Assembly (NCBI GenBank): GCA_040954595.2
Contig: CM082593.2
Coordinates: 5,039,434 to 5,103,433 of the forward strand
Direction of reading: 5' to 3'
Length of the DNA: 64,000 bases
Source of the DNA: Balanoglossus misakiensis
Lineage: Eukaryota > Animalia > Hemichordata
Shown here one piece after another: positions 38,801-52,500 of the stretch. How positions within the stretch are numbered: position 1 is the stretch's first letter; each line of letters opens with the position of its first letter. The notes under the pieces are model-generated. The model was not told where the DNA came from. It saw nothing but the letters and a program-made list of their open reading frames with translations, and made no database searches. The translations under genes and the position numbers were made by a program.

Positions 38801-41800
38801 AGCGCAATGTGTAGGGAGTGCCCCTCGTAGTGTTATAAAAATAGAGGGTGGCAATGTATTGGGTCACCTTTACCAAAACTATTGTCCAGAAAAACATCCG
38901 TTGCCAAGTTTATAAGTCATGTCAACGATCAGGCTTAATGGATTAGTCGGCTTTATGAATCTGTTTCAGTAGTTAACGAGGATTTGAACTCGGTACTCAC
39001 TGAAATGAGATACCGAGAACTCCCCCCTTGCTATAACAGCCGACAACAGACAAACTAACGGTCAAAACGAATTCGCCACACGCATACTGTTCATTACTGT
39101 TGAAACGACACGAAGTCACGCTCTTCAAAAGCCAACAGAGACACGAAATGATGACATGTTATTAACTTGTTTACGTCATAATCCATTTATCACTGCCATT
39201 CCAATTCCCGGTGAGTAAAAAGACACCGTCAGTCATCAATAGGTGACTAGAATGAATATTGTGTAATGGAGGAACCGACAGAAAGATATTTTGATATTCT
39301 TACACCGTTGATTTCTAACGTGAGCTTTGTATTAGCAAAGAAACCTTACGGCAATGCTAAGCGGAACTCTTCTATTTAGTTTAAATACATACTAGTGTGT
39401 ACTAAAGCGTAATATTGCAGACGACAAAGAAGGAAATGCAACTCACTCTTATAATAAGAATTATACTAACACTTAAACAATTATCAAACGTGACTGCATG
39501 TATTATCATTATCCAGTTGATGTAATCTCCAATTCCCATGTTGTCTAAACATCTTCCTTTTGCTTGGGTCCACATCACCATTTCATTAGACTTGTTACGC
39601 CTCTGGCATGATATTAACGCATCGCAGCTGAACTGAACTCTTGTCTGATTAGAACTACAAACCAATGTGATTGCGATGCTGAATTAATATTGCATTCATC
39701 ATGTAATGGATATTTAGATAGCTCCGTCGAGTCTCTGTTGCGTATAGATGTTGTAATCGAGGCACCTGTGTCTAATCAAGTAAACGTTCAAGTAATATTA
39801 ATTCATTCTGGTTTCCACTGCGCTGTAGGTTTGAGAAAGCTAATTTAACGCGAGGGTGACGTGTATTCTGTTTCAGGGTGTCCGCGCTGATAATTTGATA
39901 TCAATGGCCGATAGTTTGGTGAACGTTTCCCGGCACGTCGGTGGTTTTCACGTTGCCGTACAACTAATAGTCCTTGCAGACACTAATGACACATGTTGCA
40001 TTGAATTAAGATCACCTGCGCTGCAAAGCTAATTCGGTCGGGTGCCGTCAGGCAGTATTGAAACTGTAGATGGACGTAGCAACCACCGTTGCCTGGATGC
40101 ACGCCGCGGAAAGGCCAACGCGCGGATTTAATCGAATTACAAGGTCCTTGCGGATCGGATCAAACCAGATGCGCCGAAAGCGCTGACACAGACAGATGGT
40201 GGTCACCCCACAACACAAGACAGGCACAACATATTGCCTGCATGTATTCGGAACGATAATGATGATGAATTAGGCGTAGTTAACCATGATCACACTATTA
40301 TAAATTTAATTGACTTTCCATCTGCGTGTATAACTGCGAAGTTTTCATTTATTTATAGTGTACGCGTTTCGTGGGAAATAAGGCCACGTTATTTGATTTT
40401 GTGGATAGAAAGCTAAGGTCAATGCCGGTTCTGCCGTGAAATTCCCCATTCAGTTCACACCTGGTATTCCCCGCACGTAAAACGCGTTGATGAGTTTGTT
40501 ATTTTTGAGGAAATTTCACAAGTGGACGTGATAATTTGTAATAAGAATCTTCGTGTGTTTCCCATCAATATTAACTTCACTGACACGGACCTGAACATCT
40601 AGAATTAGCGAGCAGTCTGTCGACTGTTCCTGCTTGTTTCGATACTAAAAAACGGGAAATTCCCATTAACTCCGTCACCCCCGCCACCACCACGTATTTT
40701 ATTCTGAATCAGCAGTTGCGTGATCGGCCTCTACAGTTGAAGGTGATCTCTGTATTTGATGGATTAAGGCCTGCAAGCCGTGACAAAATAATGACAACAA
40801 ATAACCAAATCAGGAGCTATGACGTCAGCATTATCCTCCATTTGACCCCCAGATTGATGTAAAGATCTTAAAATCGTTGATTCATTGATTTCGAGTTAAC
40901 AGAAATGTCATTCCGATGCCTTGTTGTTGAACGTTTTTAGGGCATTTGGGTCCTATTTTTTAAAGTTGGTAGAGAGGTAGGATTTCGCCATAAGCTGGCT
41001 ATCGTAAAACGGCTAAAAAGTCATATATCTATACTGTGCAATGCTGTTACATATACAGGGTGTTATGTGTGCTCTTGAATCTCACACGAGCAGTCGGCAA
41101 CTGACTAATATAATATATGACCATATGTCAATGCTAAACAGTACTCGCTGTCGGAGAGTTGTTCCGGCTTTTATGTTATTAGCCATGGAGCGATTTCTCC
41201 GCGGTTTTTCCTATACGCTGACTGTGTCTTTCAGGTATTCAGGAAGCACGTAGTGGGATAATGGCACCTTGCTCGCGCTCAAGTTTTACCACCACCGGAG
41301 AACGGAAATGTCATAATGGTGTATCGTGCACTCAAAGAGCGATATGTTCATTATCTCGGTCGCGCAGACGAGCCTCCTGGCATGCAGACCAGATGTTAAC
41401 AGAAATACGACCTCGTGTTTTACGTTGAAGTATAATTCTGCCTTCATTTGACCTGCGAGATAACGACGGCACCCCATTAGTGACCTTTTGTATGATCATT
41501 CACGTGACTTCACCTGTAGGCACATTACCCTCCCTCGTATACCCTTCAATTTTCCTTGTCGCTCGACCAGATCACTTAACGGTAGAATGTTATTGTAATA
41601 TATTTGTGAAAATTGGAAGATGTTTGAGATGAAAGAGATAAAGCGGGGATTCCTCTCTGAGCATGTGTGCATTGAATGTACTAAGTGCATGCATTGTCTC
41701 AAAAAATTTTGTAACAGTTGTTCATTCCGGCTCTAACCCGTTCACTCTCGTGGTGACGTAAAGGGGGATTTGAATATTAAATGCGTATTTCGACAGGTGT

Positions 41801-43584
41801 AATTGCCAGTTACATTGTATAGGCATGGTTTGCATATTACTAAGGTACTGGAAAAGGTTGTTAGCCATTTCGGAGTACGGTAACATCTGTTGTTAGTCAC
41901 CAAGTGCACCAATCAGCGTCGAGGTACTATAGCGCTTGTGACAAGATGAACATTTCATGAGGAGACGGTCGATGATCGCGATCGCGCCGGCAACATTTGT
42001 GCTCGTGTTCAAAGCATGTTAAACTGTAGCTAATAGTAGTATATCCAGTGTACGTGTCAGCCCCCGTTTGTTTGACCAGGCATCTTACGGATCAGACCAA
42101 CCACGGTCTGACAGCCCAGAGTTCAAAGCCCGTGATTCCTACAGAAACGTTTTTATCAATGCCACGTTTCTTGTAATCCTTTTGCTTGAGTGTACAATGT
42201 AGGTCACGCAGAGTGCACGTAACTGATAACTTGAATAGGCACTAGATGATTCCCTCCTGCAAAACGCACTCCGATTTCACAAACTCCAATTTGCCAATTC
42301 ACAATCAAACTCGCCCTGCTGTACTTCGCCGACGCAGTTGGCTCTATCTGTCTTCAGGGTAAAAGTTCTGCTTACTCGAAGTGGCTCAGAAGTGCAGTCC
42401 CTTCTTTCGAAGTCAACGTTCTCTGCCACGTTGATTCTAATTAACTATTGACTTCGTGCCCTACCCTTGGGTGATCTCTCCCGCAGTAACCCCAATTACC
42501 ATTTAGGGCGCTGCATGAATGACGTGGACGAGCTGTTCCCTATTAGTTGTTTCAGGTGCTTCTGGCCGGCCCAGATCACACCGCATGCACGTACCGTTTC
42601 AGCTCATACTACATGTTTGGTTCTGCGTGGGGTGATTTCGAGTAATATTTGCAGCTCAGTGTGTTACATTGGATAAAATGTGTGGCAAAGTACTTTATCA
42701 GAATTTAAGGGCCATTGGAAAAGCGAAATATGCAAATTTGTAATCACGATGCACAACTGATTATCCGGCTGTATTGACATAACATTCTGTGAGGTTTATG
42801 ATCAGAATTAATTTGTCGGTAAAGCCAACTAGAAAACTGTCACGTGAAGGATTTTCTCACTTGCCAATGTCTACAAATGTTCGCTTGATCTAGCAATCGG
42901 TTTTCGGCTGTACTACCGACAGAGGCGGGCTGTCGAGCACAAAGGCGCCGCCATTGCATAAACTCCTTCGTTTGCTATGGTTTGACGAAAGGTTTCGACA
43001 TTGTTGTGACGTGTCTGTTGAGATTATGGCGCCACGTAATGATGTAAAACGCGCACTTCAATATAAACTTTTTTTCATAAGCCAGTTTCCTCACAAATGC
43101 AATCAGACAGGCTTCTGGCTTCAATAGAATGCCACTTTACGTTTTACTTTGGAATACCGGAATTGAAAATTTGCAATATCTCGCCATCGATCAAAATGTC
43201 ATTTTTTAAAATTAAAAAACCGTTAGATTAGATAGACGATCTTATCTGCTATGTCGTCCGAATGTCAAATACAAGCGCATCCTTTGTAGAGATAGATACA
43301 ATTAAGCATTCTACATTTTCAAGGCAATTATCTGGACTGGTGGAAAAAAAATCTAGACAACTGGAAGTCTTCGCGAGCCATGTCGCCTCCTTCAGAAATC
43401 ACCTGACGCTACCATCGCATAGCAACAACGTCTTGACTTTATCTCGAGAATTTCTGAACCACCGCGAGGGAACGTGTTCTTCAGCAAAGTGAACCCACGT
43501 GCTTGTAATGATAATTTGTGATCTCCACTAGCAGAATTCAGCGTTTTATATTACTCAACCCCATGCATTCCTTTTAATTAGACT

Positions 43585-43810
43585 CGATTCAATTCAATTC
43601 AATTTAATTCAATAATTACTTTATTCGGCCCAAAACCGGGCAATTAGAAGTGCGTCTCTGAGGAGGTACGCCAAACATACACATTTAAATACACGTACAA
43701 CTGTAAAATTCAAGAAGATTCTCTCGCAAAAACAATAATGTATCATTATGCACAGTCTTTGAAAATAAAGGATGAAGATGCAAATAAAATGGCAGCTATG
43801 TATTGGGGCT
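43585..43810 (-). mobile_element. Probable 3' end of a second LINE, opposite orientation
   Basis: The minus strand reads ...gccgAATAAAgtaattattgaattaaattgaattgaattgaatc, i.e. a polyA signal plus a (TTGAA)n tail. It is preceded by a degenerate HFICI motif resembling the C-terminal zinc-knuckle region of LINE ORF2. Confidence 0.4.
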
Positions 43811-44099
43811 TTAACGCGACCGGAGTATCTGACTACGGCACAACGGAAACTGCTCCCAGTACCTTCACCAAATGTAGCAATACATTCACCTATTATCCTG
43901 GAAAACTGAGTATGATAGAATTTGTAATGCGAGTGCACCTGTAGATTAGGCGTAATCTCGTTTTGTCCCATTAAACTTGGAAAGGTGAATTCAGGCAAAT
44001 TAACGGCAATCAAACCTAATTGATCCCAGCCGTTTATTGTTAAATGACAGTTTCAACTAAATGCTCATCATTGCCTAGGCTTTCAGTATAACAGAAAGG

Positions 44100-45395
44100 T
44101 AGGCTATAAGATTGCGATCAGAAAAAAATATAAAAAGTTACAGCTTCTGACAAAAATGTAGAACTAGTAAAATACATTATCTATCTCTAAGGAGAGGTGG
44201 TTTGATTACTTTAAAGACCTTTTTAACCCGAAAATGGTTGAAACAGAGGATATGAAAGACTTTTACTCTTCTATCCAGAATTATGTGAATGACTTAAACT
44301 TTAATGATGTGAGCAGTTCGGATGTTGACTGTTCAGCCTTAAACCAGGCTATTTCCATGGCCGAAATTAAAAGTAGTATAGCAAAATTAAAAAAATAATA
44401 AAGCCCCTGGGTATGATGGCATACAAGCAGAATTTTGGAAACATGCACCTGAAGGGATTTTTGATATGCTGTTCACACTTTTCAATGAAGTTTTTGATAA
44501 AGGGATCTTCCCCCAACAGTGGGCAATGGGATTGATTAGTCCTATACACAAGAAGGGAAACAGAGACACCCCAGGAAATTACCGTAGTATTATGCTTCTT
44601 AACGTTGTAAGTAAAATTTGTACATTTATTTTAACAGACAGACTTGTACATTGGTTTGATGAGTTCAATGAAATTGTGGAACCTCAGAGTGGATTCAGAA
44701 AGAAAAGAAACACTTTGGATAATATTTTTATTTTACGTACACTTATTGAAAAGTATGTCTTCCATTTAAAGAGTCGCCTATATTGTGCCTTTATAGACTA
44801 CGAAAAAGCATTCGACAGGGTTCATCATTAATCAGTTTTCTATAAACTAGCCATGACAGGCATGAGGGGTAAACTTTTGTCTTATTTATACACTATGTAC
44901 TCGCATGTTAAAGTTCTGGAATTTGGTTTCAAGCTCAAAAATATATTTCAGAACAAGCCAGGAAAGCTCTTTACTTAGTACAAAGTAGCCTCTGTAAAGT
45001 AGACGGAATACAACCAGACATTGCTTTCAGAGTTTTCGATTGTAAAATATTGCCAGTCCTTCTTTATGGCAGTGCAATTTGGGGGACCAATGATTTTATA
45101 GATGTGGAAAAGATTCATCATAGATTTTGTAAGTTTCTTTTGGGTGTACGTATAAATACAACAAACTCAGCGGTTCGGGGAGAACTTGGAAGGTATCCCA
45201 TTCGCATACAAAATCCTGCCAGATACATCTTTTATGCTTTTAAACAGCGACATTAACTCTTGGATGATGATCCAGAGTACAACTGTACGAGGAACGAACC
45301 CTCAAGCGACTGTAAATTTTGATATTCTTTTTTTGTTGTGTACTATATGGCCGGAGGCCAATAGTACTGAATAAATGCATTATTATTATTACATT
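44100..45395 (+). mobile_element. Decayed non-LTR retrotransposon (LINE, RTE/RTE-X-like) reverse transcriptase fragment with 3' end
   Basis: NKAPGYDGI, LFNEVFDKGIFPQQW, PIHKKGNRDTPGNYRSIMLLNVVSK, QSGFRKKRNTLDNIFIL, LYCAFIDYEKAFDRV, then an in-frame stop at 44829. Later ILPVLLYGSAIWG...VEKIHHRFCKFLLGV...NSAVRGELGRYP. Frameshift near 44390 and an internal deletion near 44913. AATAAA at ~45370 followed by an (ATT)n tail. The 5' boundary is approximate. Confidence 0.9.
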
Positions 45396-46569
45396 ATCTA
45401 TGATCAAAGTGTTAAAAACAGATTACTTTACATAATAATTACATTTAAAATGATTCCCACCTGATAAATATATTCAAATTAGTGACAGTAAATGTGTGAG
45501 ATTAGTAAATATCAAGAGTGCATGAGACAGATTAGAGTATTCAATCTAAATGTGAATTATAGATGGAACACTCAATAACGCCGTGGGTATACGACAGTGT
45601 AACGTCAGGGCATTGTAAATGTGTCATGTATAAACCGCTCTAAAGTGCAGTGCACGCTTCACAACATTTCAAGCGCTAGCCAGCCGAGAAATTTCGAGGA
45701 CATACAGATTTTTTTGCTGTTAGAATTTGAAATCATCCTCGGAACGGTGTTTATTGCGCCTAGTCAGTACTAACAGCAGTTAATTTGCCAAGCGTGTATC
45801 GGCTTACAGCGCGAAACGAAGTCCTCAAATGCGCCGGGCGTTTTAGGGCATTTGTTGCCAGCCTAGCGTACGTCGCTTACGAAGGGAAGAACTTGTTACT
45901 AAAATACAGCAAGATATAAATTCTATACGAAAAATAATTAACGTGATGAATATTGTTGAATAATTTGACCACGGACGACAAAATGTTTGTGTACAGGTCA
46001 ATGATGTGCGATTTTTGAAAAAGTGCTCTTAATATTTTAGATTATAATAAATAGTCCCATCGGAGGTGATGTGATCTAAAATGGTATACACATATTTCTT
46101 TTCTGAAAGAATGCACTGAAACCATATTAGAATTAAATGCACGTGGAAGGAAGAGTACAATAATTGAAAAGGAAAGGGTTCAGATACAAAACTTTAAATA
46201 AGGAATGATTTTTAAAAAAATTGTCATTTCCCATATTTAGGCCTCCGTTCTTGTAAGCCCAAAACGTTGAATAAACACGTCTTCTTTCCTCCGGCGAAAA
46301 CCATTCATTTGTGGTAATTTGCATTGCTTGACCCGTCGCTAGGTGACCGAAAGCGTCGTGAGACCGAGTGATTCCGGCGCATCAATCCTTGTTTGCCACA
46401 ACGTTGTTTGAATCTCTGTCGAAAGATGAAGAGAGAAAGTGTGCATTGGGGTATAAAGGCAGGTCATATCAAACCAGTGTCTCTAAAAGTACTTGGAAAG
46501 TGCGGATCTTGCATTAAAACACGCATAGATAATAAACTCACTCGTCGAGTACTGCATTGGAAAGTGGAC

Positions 46570-49500
46570 TTACTGCTGGGACAAATCCCCTTCGGCTTTG
46601 AACTGTGTGTCCGCTTTGTTCGCACCAGTTTTACCACTACTGCCGGACGACCTCCGAAACTTCGTAATGACCACGGAGAACCTGGAGTTCGTTAAATGTG
46701 TCGTTGAAGTGGACGAGGCTGACCGATTTCTGGATGAACCTCGTGTCAAGAAAGCATTGGAGGGGGAGTCCTTGCCCTTGCACTTGAAGCAGTTCCTGAA
46801 GACCCCTGGCATGTCCGCCTGACAGGGAGGAAATTGAAAGACGCTTGCGAACTGTTGCCCAGTCGAGCAATAGTTCCAGAAACGGGTACCCTGGGTAACC
46901 GTTTCTGGAATCGTCTGCGCATGCACAGGTGGCAACACATGAAATCAAGATGTTAGTGTGTTCTGCAGCCAGTATGCATAGACGTTTACCCCCCCCCCCC
47001 TGGAGAACTTAAGTTAGCCAAAATCCGAGACGCAATATTCATGTCCAACGGACGTGTTATTTGGCCTGTAAAGCCCGAGGGTTGATACCCACAGCCTCTC
47101 TGTAATAGATACTGTTACTTTCGCCTATAAGGTTTCACCTGCTCTCGCTATCCAATTCTGCATTAAAATGCGAAATGGGAATCCTTAACAAATAGCCAGA
47201 GCAGGACAAAGGAAAACATCTAACTGAAACAAACTCCTACAGGTGCGCGGCGGAAGGATCTGACGATCTCAGTGACGTCACGCCTTCTCCTACAGGGCTT
47301 CACGCGGATGTGTAAAGGTTACAATTCTTGTATTTCATTTCCGGACAGTGTCGAGAGTCTCATATTGCACAGCTTGAAGATGCCTGCATAGGTCAATAAG
47401 GTGTTAACGGATCTTCTGGAAAAACTATCCATTTGATCTTTATTCTGTGGCAAGGCTTTTGAAGTAATATACACATATGTATATGTACATCTAAGCATGT
47501 CGGAGGAAAATCTAACATCGGTGTATCACTTAACTAATTCTGGACATCCGCGTGTTAACGCATCTTGAATATTAAGGTTTTCTGCTGTGTTAAGCCTTGT
47601 TCTTTAAAACCCCCCTGTTTGTGAAAAGGTCACCTTATATACTCACCCTGAAGCTATCGTTCAAGAGACTGTATATCACGGGGTTCATGAAACTGTTGGA
47701 CATGGCCAGCCACAGCACGCAGGCGTTGATCTTGCGCAGTTTGTCCTGCAGGGCGTGGTCGGTGGGGTCGTAGAAGGACGGGTGGAACTTGGCGATCAGA
47801 TTGAAGATGTGCAGCGGCAACCAGCACAGCGCGAACATGAGGACGACGACTATAAGCATCTTCACCACCTAGGAAAGAAGGCGTGTGCATAAAGACGTGT
47901 TTTAGTCACACATTCGTATGGGAAAAATCTCGTTATTAAACTGAACATCTTTTAGCTATATACGCCCATGACATTGTTGTGGCCCCTGTTCAAATTAAAC
48001 AATATTTCTCTGTCGTCGTTTGTCAGCGCAAAGAACATGACTCGGGCGCGGTGAAAAGTGCCGACAAGTACAACAGTGCATTTTACTCATCCTCAGTTGT
48101 CTGATCGCCATTCCCATAAATTACACGAGCCATTAACGGCTATAGGTAAAGCCTTGTTTTTGCAACACCACATGTAAGCTTGTCCCCATTTCACGTGTTA
48201 CTGACTCTCACCGTCATCCTGTCAATTGCATTGAACAAGGGAAGATTGATGACGGAAGACAAAGTTTTGCCTAGTGCTACTTTGTGACAGCTAGACAAAC
48301 TCCCGTCTCTCATCCCCGTGGTTTAGTTGATTTCACTCAACATTAGTGGGAAATGTCATCAATGGATTAGCAAGATACAGTTTCCTCTCAATTCAGCTCA
48401 TCAGAACCGTCCTCACGGACTCTGTTCATCTCAGAAGACTACAATGTAATTAGTACACAAAGCCAAGAAATGTTATACCACCGGTACTTATTGCAAAAAT
48501 CGTTTAACCGTCAATTAAAGATTACTGACGCATAGAGGATAATTCGATGATTTTTTATTTCGGATTCCTGTTCTGTTTTGTACTTTTGTTTCAAGGCCAA
48601 GGGCACCACAAACTAGAGCAAGTGTGCCATAAAAAAGAACAATGTGTTCTGGCAGCCAAACACAACACAACACAACACAACACAACACAACACAACACAA
48701 CACAACACAACACAACACAACACAACACAACACAACACAACACAACACAACACAACACAACACAGCACAGCACAGCACAGCACAGCACAGCACAGCACAG
48801 CACAGCACAGCACAGCACGACACGACACGACACGACACGACACGACACGTCTAATCATGTCACGTCACATCACGTCACACCTTTTTCTTGGAACTCATAT
48901 GTGACTTGTCCCTGAAGTTGTGGGCGTTGCCGGGTATGCGCCGCCCCCACAGTCGAACCCCGATTCTCGTGTACGTGTACAGCAGGACGATCAGCGGGAG
49001 GAAATAGGTCGTCAAGACGATGAACACCTCGTAGGCCAGGAAGGCTCGGTTTTGTTCGGGCCACTCGTCGCAGAAGTATATGCCGGCCCTTCGGGACTGG
49101 CGGGTCCGGGCGAAAACTGCCTGCACGACAGCCAGCGACACGGCAACCAGAAATATCACTCCCAGGAGGATCTTGCTGCGGTGCTTCGTAACTCGCACTT
49201 TCAGCGGGTATATCACGGCGAAGTAGCGATCTATGCCGATGGCGGTCAGAGTGTAGATGCTGACGATGACGGAAACCTGTAAAGAGAGAAACATAAATGC
49301 TTTATTATATACCCGGATGCCCTTTGGCGAACGATGACCCCCTTTTCTAACTAACCCAACCATTCGTAAACTCTCCTCTGATTTCAAATTAACAGCCACC
49401 AAATATTAACCAATTATAATTTTTTTAATTTTAGCAACACAGTACAGCGTATATATTCACAAGAGTATTACATAAAAAGAAATCGAACGTATAGACACAG

Positions 49501-52500
49501 GAACACATTGAGTATGTAGGAGTATTAAGTGTTTTTCTCTTTACATTTTCAGATAGCCCAAAGGCGAAACTGATCAAGCAACCCGTATCGTTGATCGTTC
49601 CCTCATTATTTTCCCATCTCTGCAGGTAAGAACAGTTTATCTCATAACAATGTCGCCGCGCGAAGCCTTAGTTGCGCTGTACAAAGACGGAAGTAGGTTA
49701 CAACAGAATGTAATTGATCATATTTTGTATTCCTTCCCACGACATGTCCATACATTGTCGGAATGGGGCCAATTATTTTTCCATATCGCAGATTATGACT
49801 CTCTTGAGGGGCCCAAGGTGTCGAAATTCTGAAGACACTTACACAATTTCCTTAAAGTGAATTTACGACCCGTTTTAACACTTAAAACGGAATCGTGATG
49901 GAAAGCAAAGACCCGTGGCTATACACAGTTAAGTCGTTGTCTTGAGATTATTTACAGTTTCATGCAAACGGCTTTCTGTCGGACTGTTAATAAAACTTCT
50001 CATGCGCGTCAAATAAATTTTAAGCAAAGTGTTTTTGTCACGTGGCTGTGACTGAGCTACTCTCGAAACCCTGACAACGTGTACGTTGAGATTTAGTGAG
50101 ATTCAAATTATGATAATACAAACGGTAGTTGAAGTTGTTCGGGGCCAGGTGTAACTTTTTCCGAATGACACCCAAAACTCCATTAAGGGAATTCTTTCGA
50201 TTCAAAAGACTTTAAAATTTTAAACTTCGAACTCTTTTAGCTGATATACTAATATATATTATATCAGCTGAAGGGCTCTCGCAGTTGCCTTATCGCTTCG
50301 GACTAAATGCTGAGAGGTTAAGACGATTACCAAAGATAGCAGAGTGCGGAGTAGCTTTTGAAATTAAGCCTGGCTTTACTTATCTATCACAGAATGTAAA
50401 CCACGAACAACTGACAGCGTCATAGATCACAGTCCGACTGTGCATAGATATAAGTATCTGGTGACATGACGTCACAGCTGGCCAATTCTATGACTTCGTG
50501 TGTATAATACCACGACTTTACCATACTTGTTCTTCTTTGGAAACTGCATTCAAATGCCATTGAATTTCAATCACATACATTATTACAGCAAAAAATATAA
50601 TTGGGTGGTTTTTTGCATTCTTAGTATTTCTTTCCCGTACTGTGATCTCTGCTCCTTCATTTCCTAGGCGATCGGAATACAGCCTGTATCAACAGAACAC
50701 AGTCCCTTGATTAAGAATAATTTCGGGCGATCGATTTTTTACGCTTTCCACTCTGTCGCCATGACAACAGGCGTCCGCGGAGAAAAAAGTCCGTTTGAAC
50801 TCAGCATGTTCTGTTGGCGAAGTCGAAAACTCTAAATTCCAATTAGTGTCACCGACTATCCGGCTAATTGAAGATCGCGAGGAAAAAAACTTGTATACCA
50901 ATTAGCGCCGGTAGATTTACAAGGAATCGTTTACATTCTAGCGTCTTACACGTTTATACCCGTGGCTTAACGTCACCTACTTCTCCGTTTTCTTCCGTGG
51001 GGGATATACATATACTATAACTCTTGAGGGCCACCGATTGCGAAGACATTCGAGATACCCTTCCGATTGATATATTGGATCAGCCAGAGAATAAATATGA
51101 GTTGTCCCCAATTTACATATCACATTTCTTTCCTGGGCGTTGCATGATAATCGAACCACCCAGTGACAGCTTCAAGATCAACTTATACGAAATCAGAAGT
51201 GTTCATGGCAAGGGAATGTTGACCGTGTTTGCATTACTATAAAGTGACGTTTACCAATAAAGTGCAATGTGCTTAGCCTTAACCCTAAACCTCAAAACAA
51301 TTCAACTTGGGTTTTGTGAAGTTATATACACATATTCAAAGATTGGGTTCTATTTTTGGGTAATCGAAACGCTGATGTGAAATTAGGTAGTCGGTTTATT
51401 GCTCCTGCCATTCAATATAGCGTGCGACGTACTTGCAGTTGTGAGATACACATGTACACCTGCTGAGTTGTAATTAACTGTAGTCGATATCTCAGGTTTC
51501 ATGTTTCGGGGGCATCTATTGCACCCCTTGCCGATGTGTCTCGGTTGGTATCCGAGTCCGTTGGCATGACAGCAATCACTAGGTTTGATTAGCAAGAGAT
51601 AAATAGATGTTTGATTCGGCAAAACACGCAACCGTTAGTTTTTTCTCGTATTTGCCTCCCGGCATCAGTTAAAGAGCACGCATGATTATAATGATAGCAG
51701 CAAAAAAGATACGAGTCCTGGCTCAGTATGCTCTGTACGGAAAGGAAATCTAAGCCTCGAAGAAATTTAAAAAGAGTCGTGATCAGCAGACGTGACGACC
51801 AATGCGATGGGTATTTTTTTCACCAGAACTGTTCGTGTCTAAAAATCGCCTCCTTTGTTAACGAGCATTGCTTCAGCTGGCAACAATCAGGGTCTGCCTC
51901 ACGACGTAAGATACCCATTAAAGTTATACACGGTCACCGATGCAAATTTAGCCAGAGTTTGTCAGACACGGATTTTCAGTGGGTGGCCACGCGAAAAACG
52001 CGCGCCACCACATGGTTATTAGAGCTCCCAGGCGGACATCGGCTTCTGGATTGAAATTTGAGCGGAGCCGACTTTTGAAACGTGAGAACGCATATGAAAT
52101 CGGAGACGGACTTGCGTCATCTCAGCAACAGAATATAACAACATACCATATTATGTTTTTCACAATATGCCCATAATGGAAACTGTATCTTCTCACTTAA
52201 TCATTGAACTTTTGGGGGGAAAGGATGTTTTGATGTAATGTAAGCCCTCCGGTGAATCGGTGTTTGCGTCATTAGACAAAATCTTGGAAACTGCGGCGCA
52301 GATTAACATTCAATGAACCACGATCAATTAGGTTCCAGTTGGGTTCGCAGATGGTTTTATAATCTGATCTTGTTTGCTTCCATCGACAACGGCAATCTCT
52401 TTGGCGATAATTTTTTATTTCCAAAAGTCTGGTACCTTCATTTTCCGCGCGTGTTCAAAACTTCAATGTAATCCACACGTTCAACAAACTAAGTTCCGTT

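Noticed and set aside
48515-48915. Cys/Val-rich and TTQHN repeat ORFs (also the YSTVQ ORFs at 54432-54734)
   Set aside because: These are translations of pentanucleotide microsatellites.
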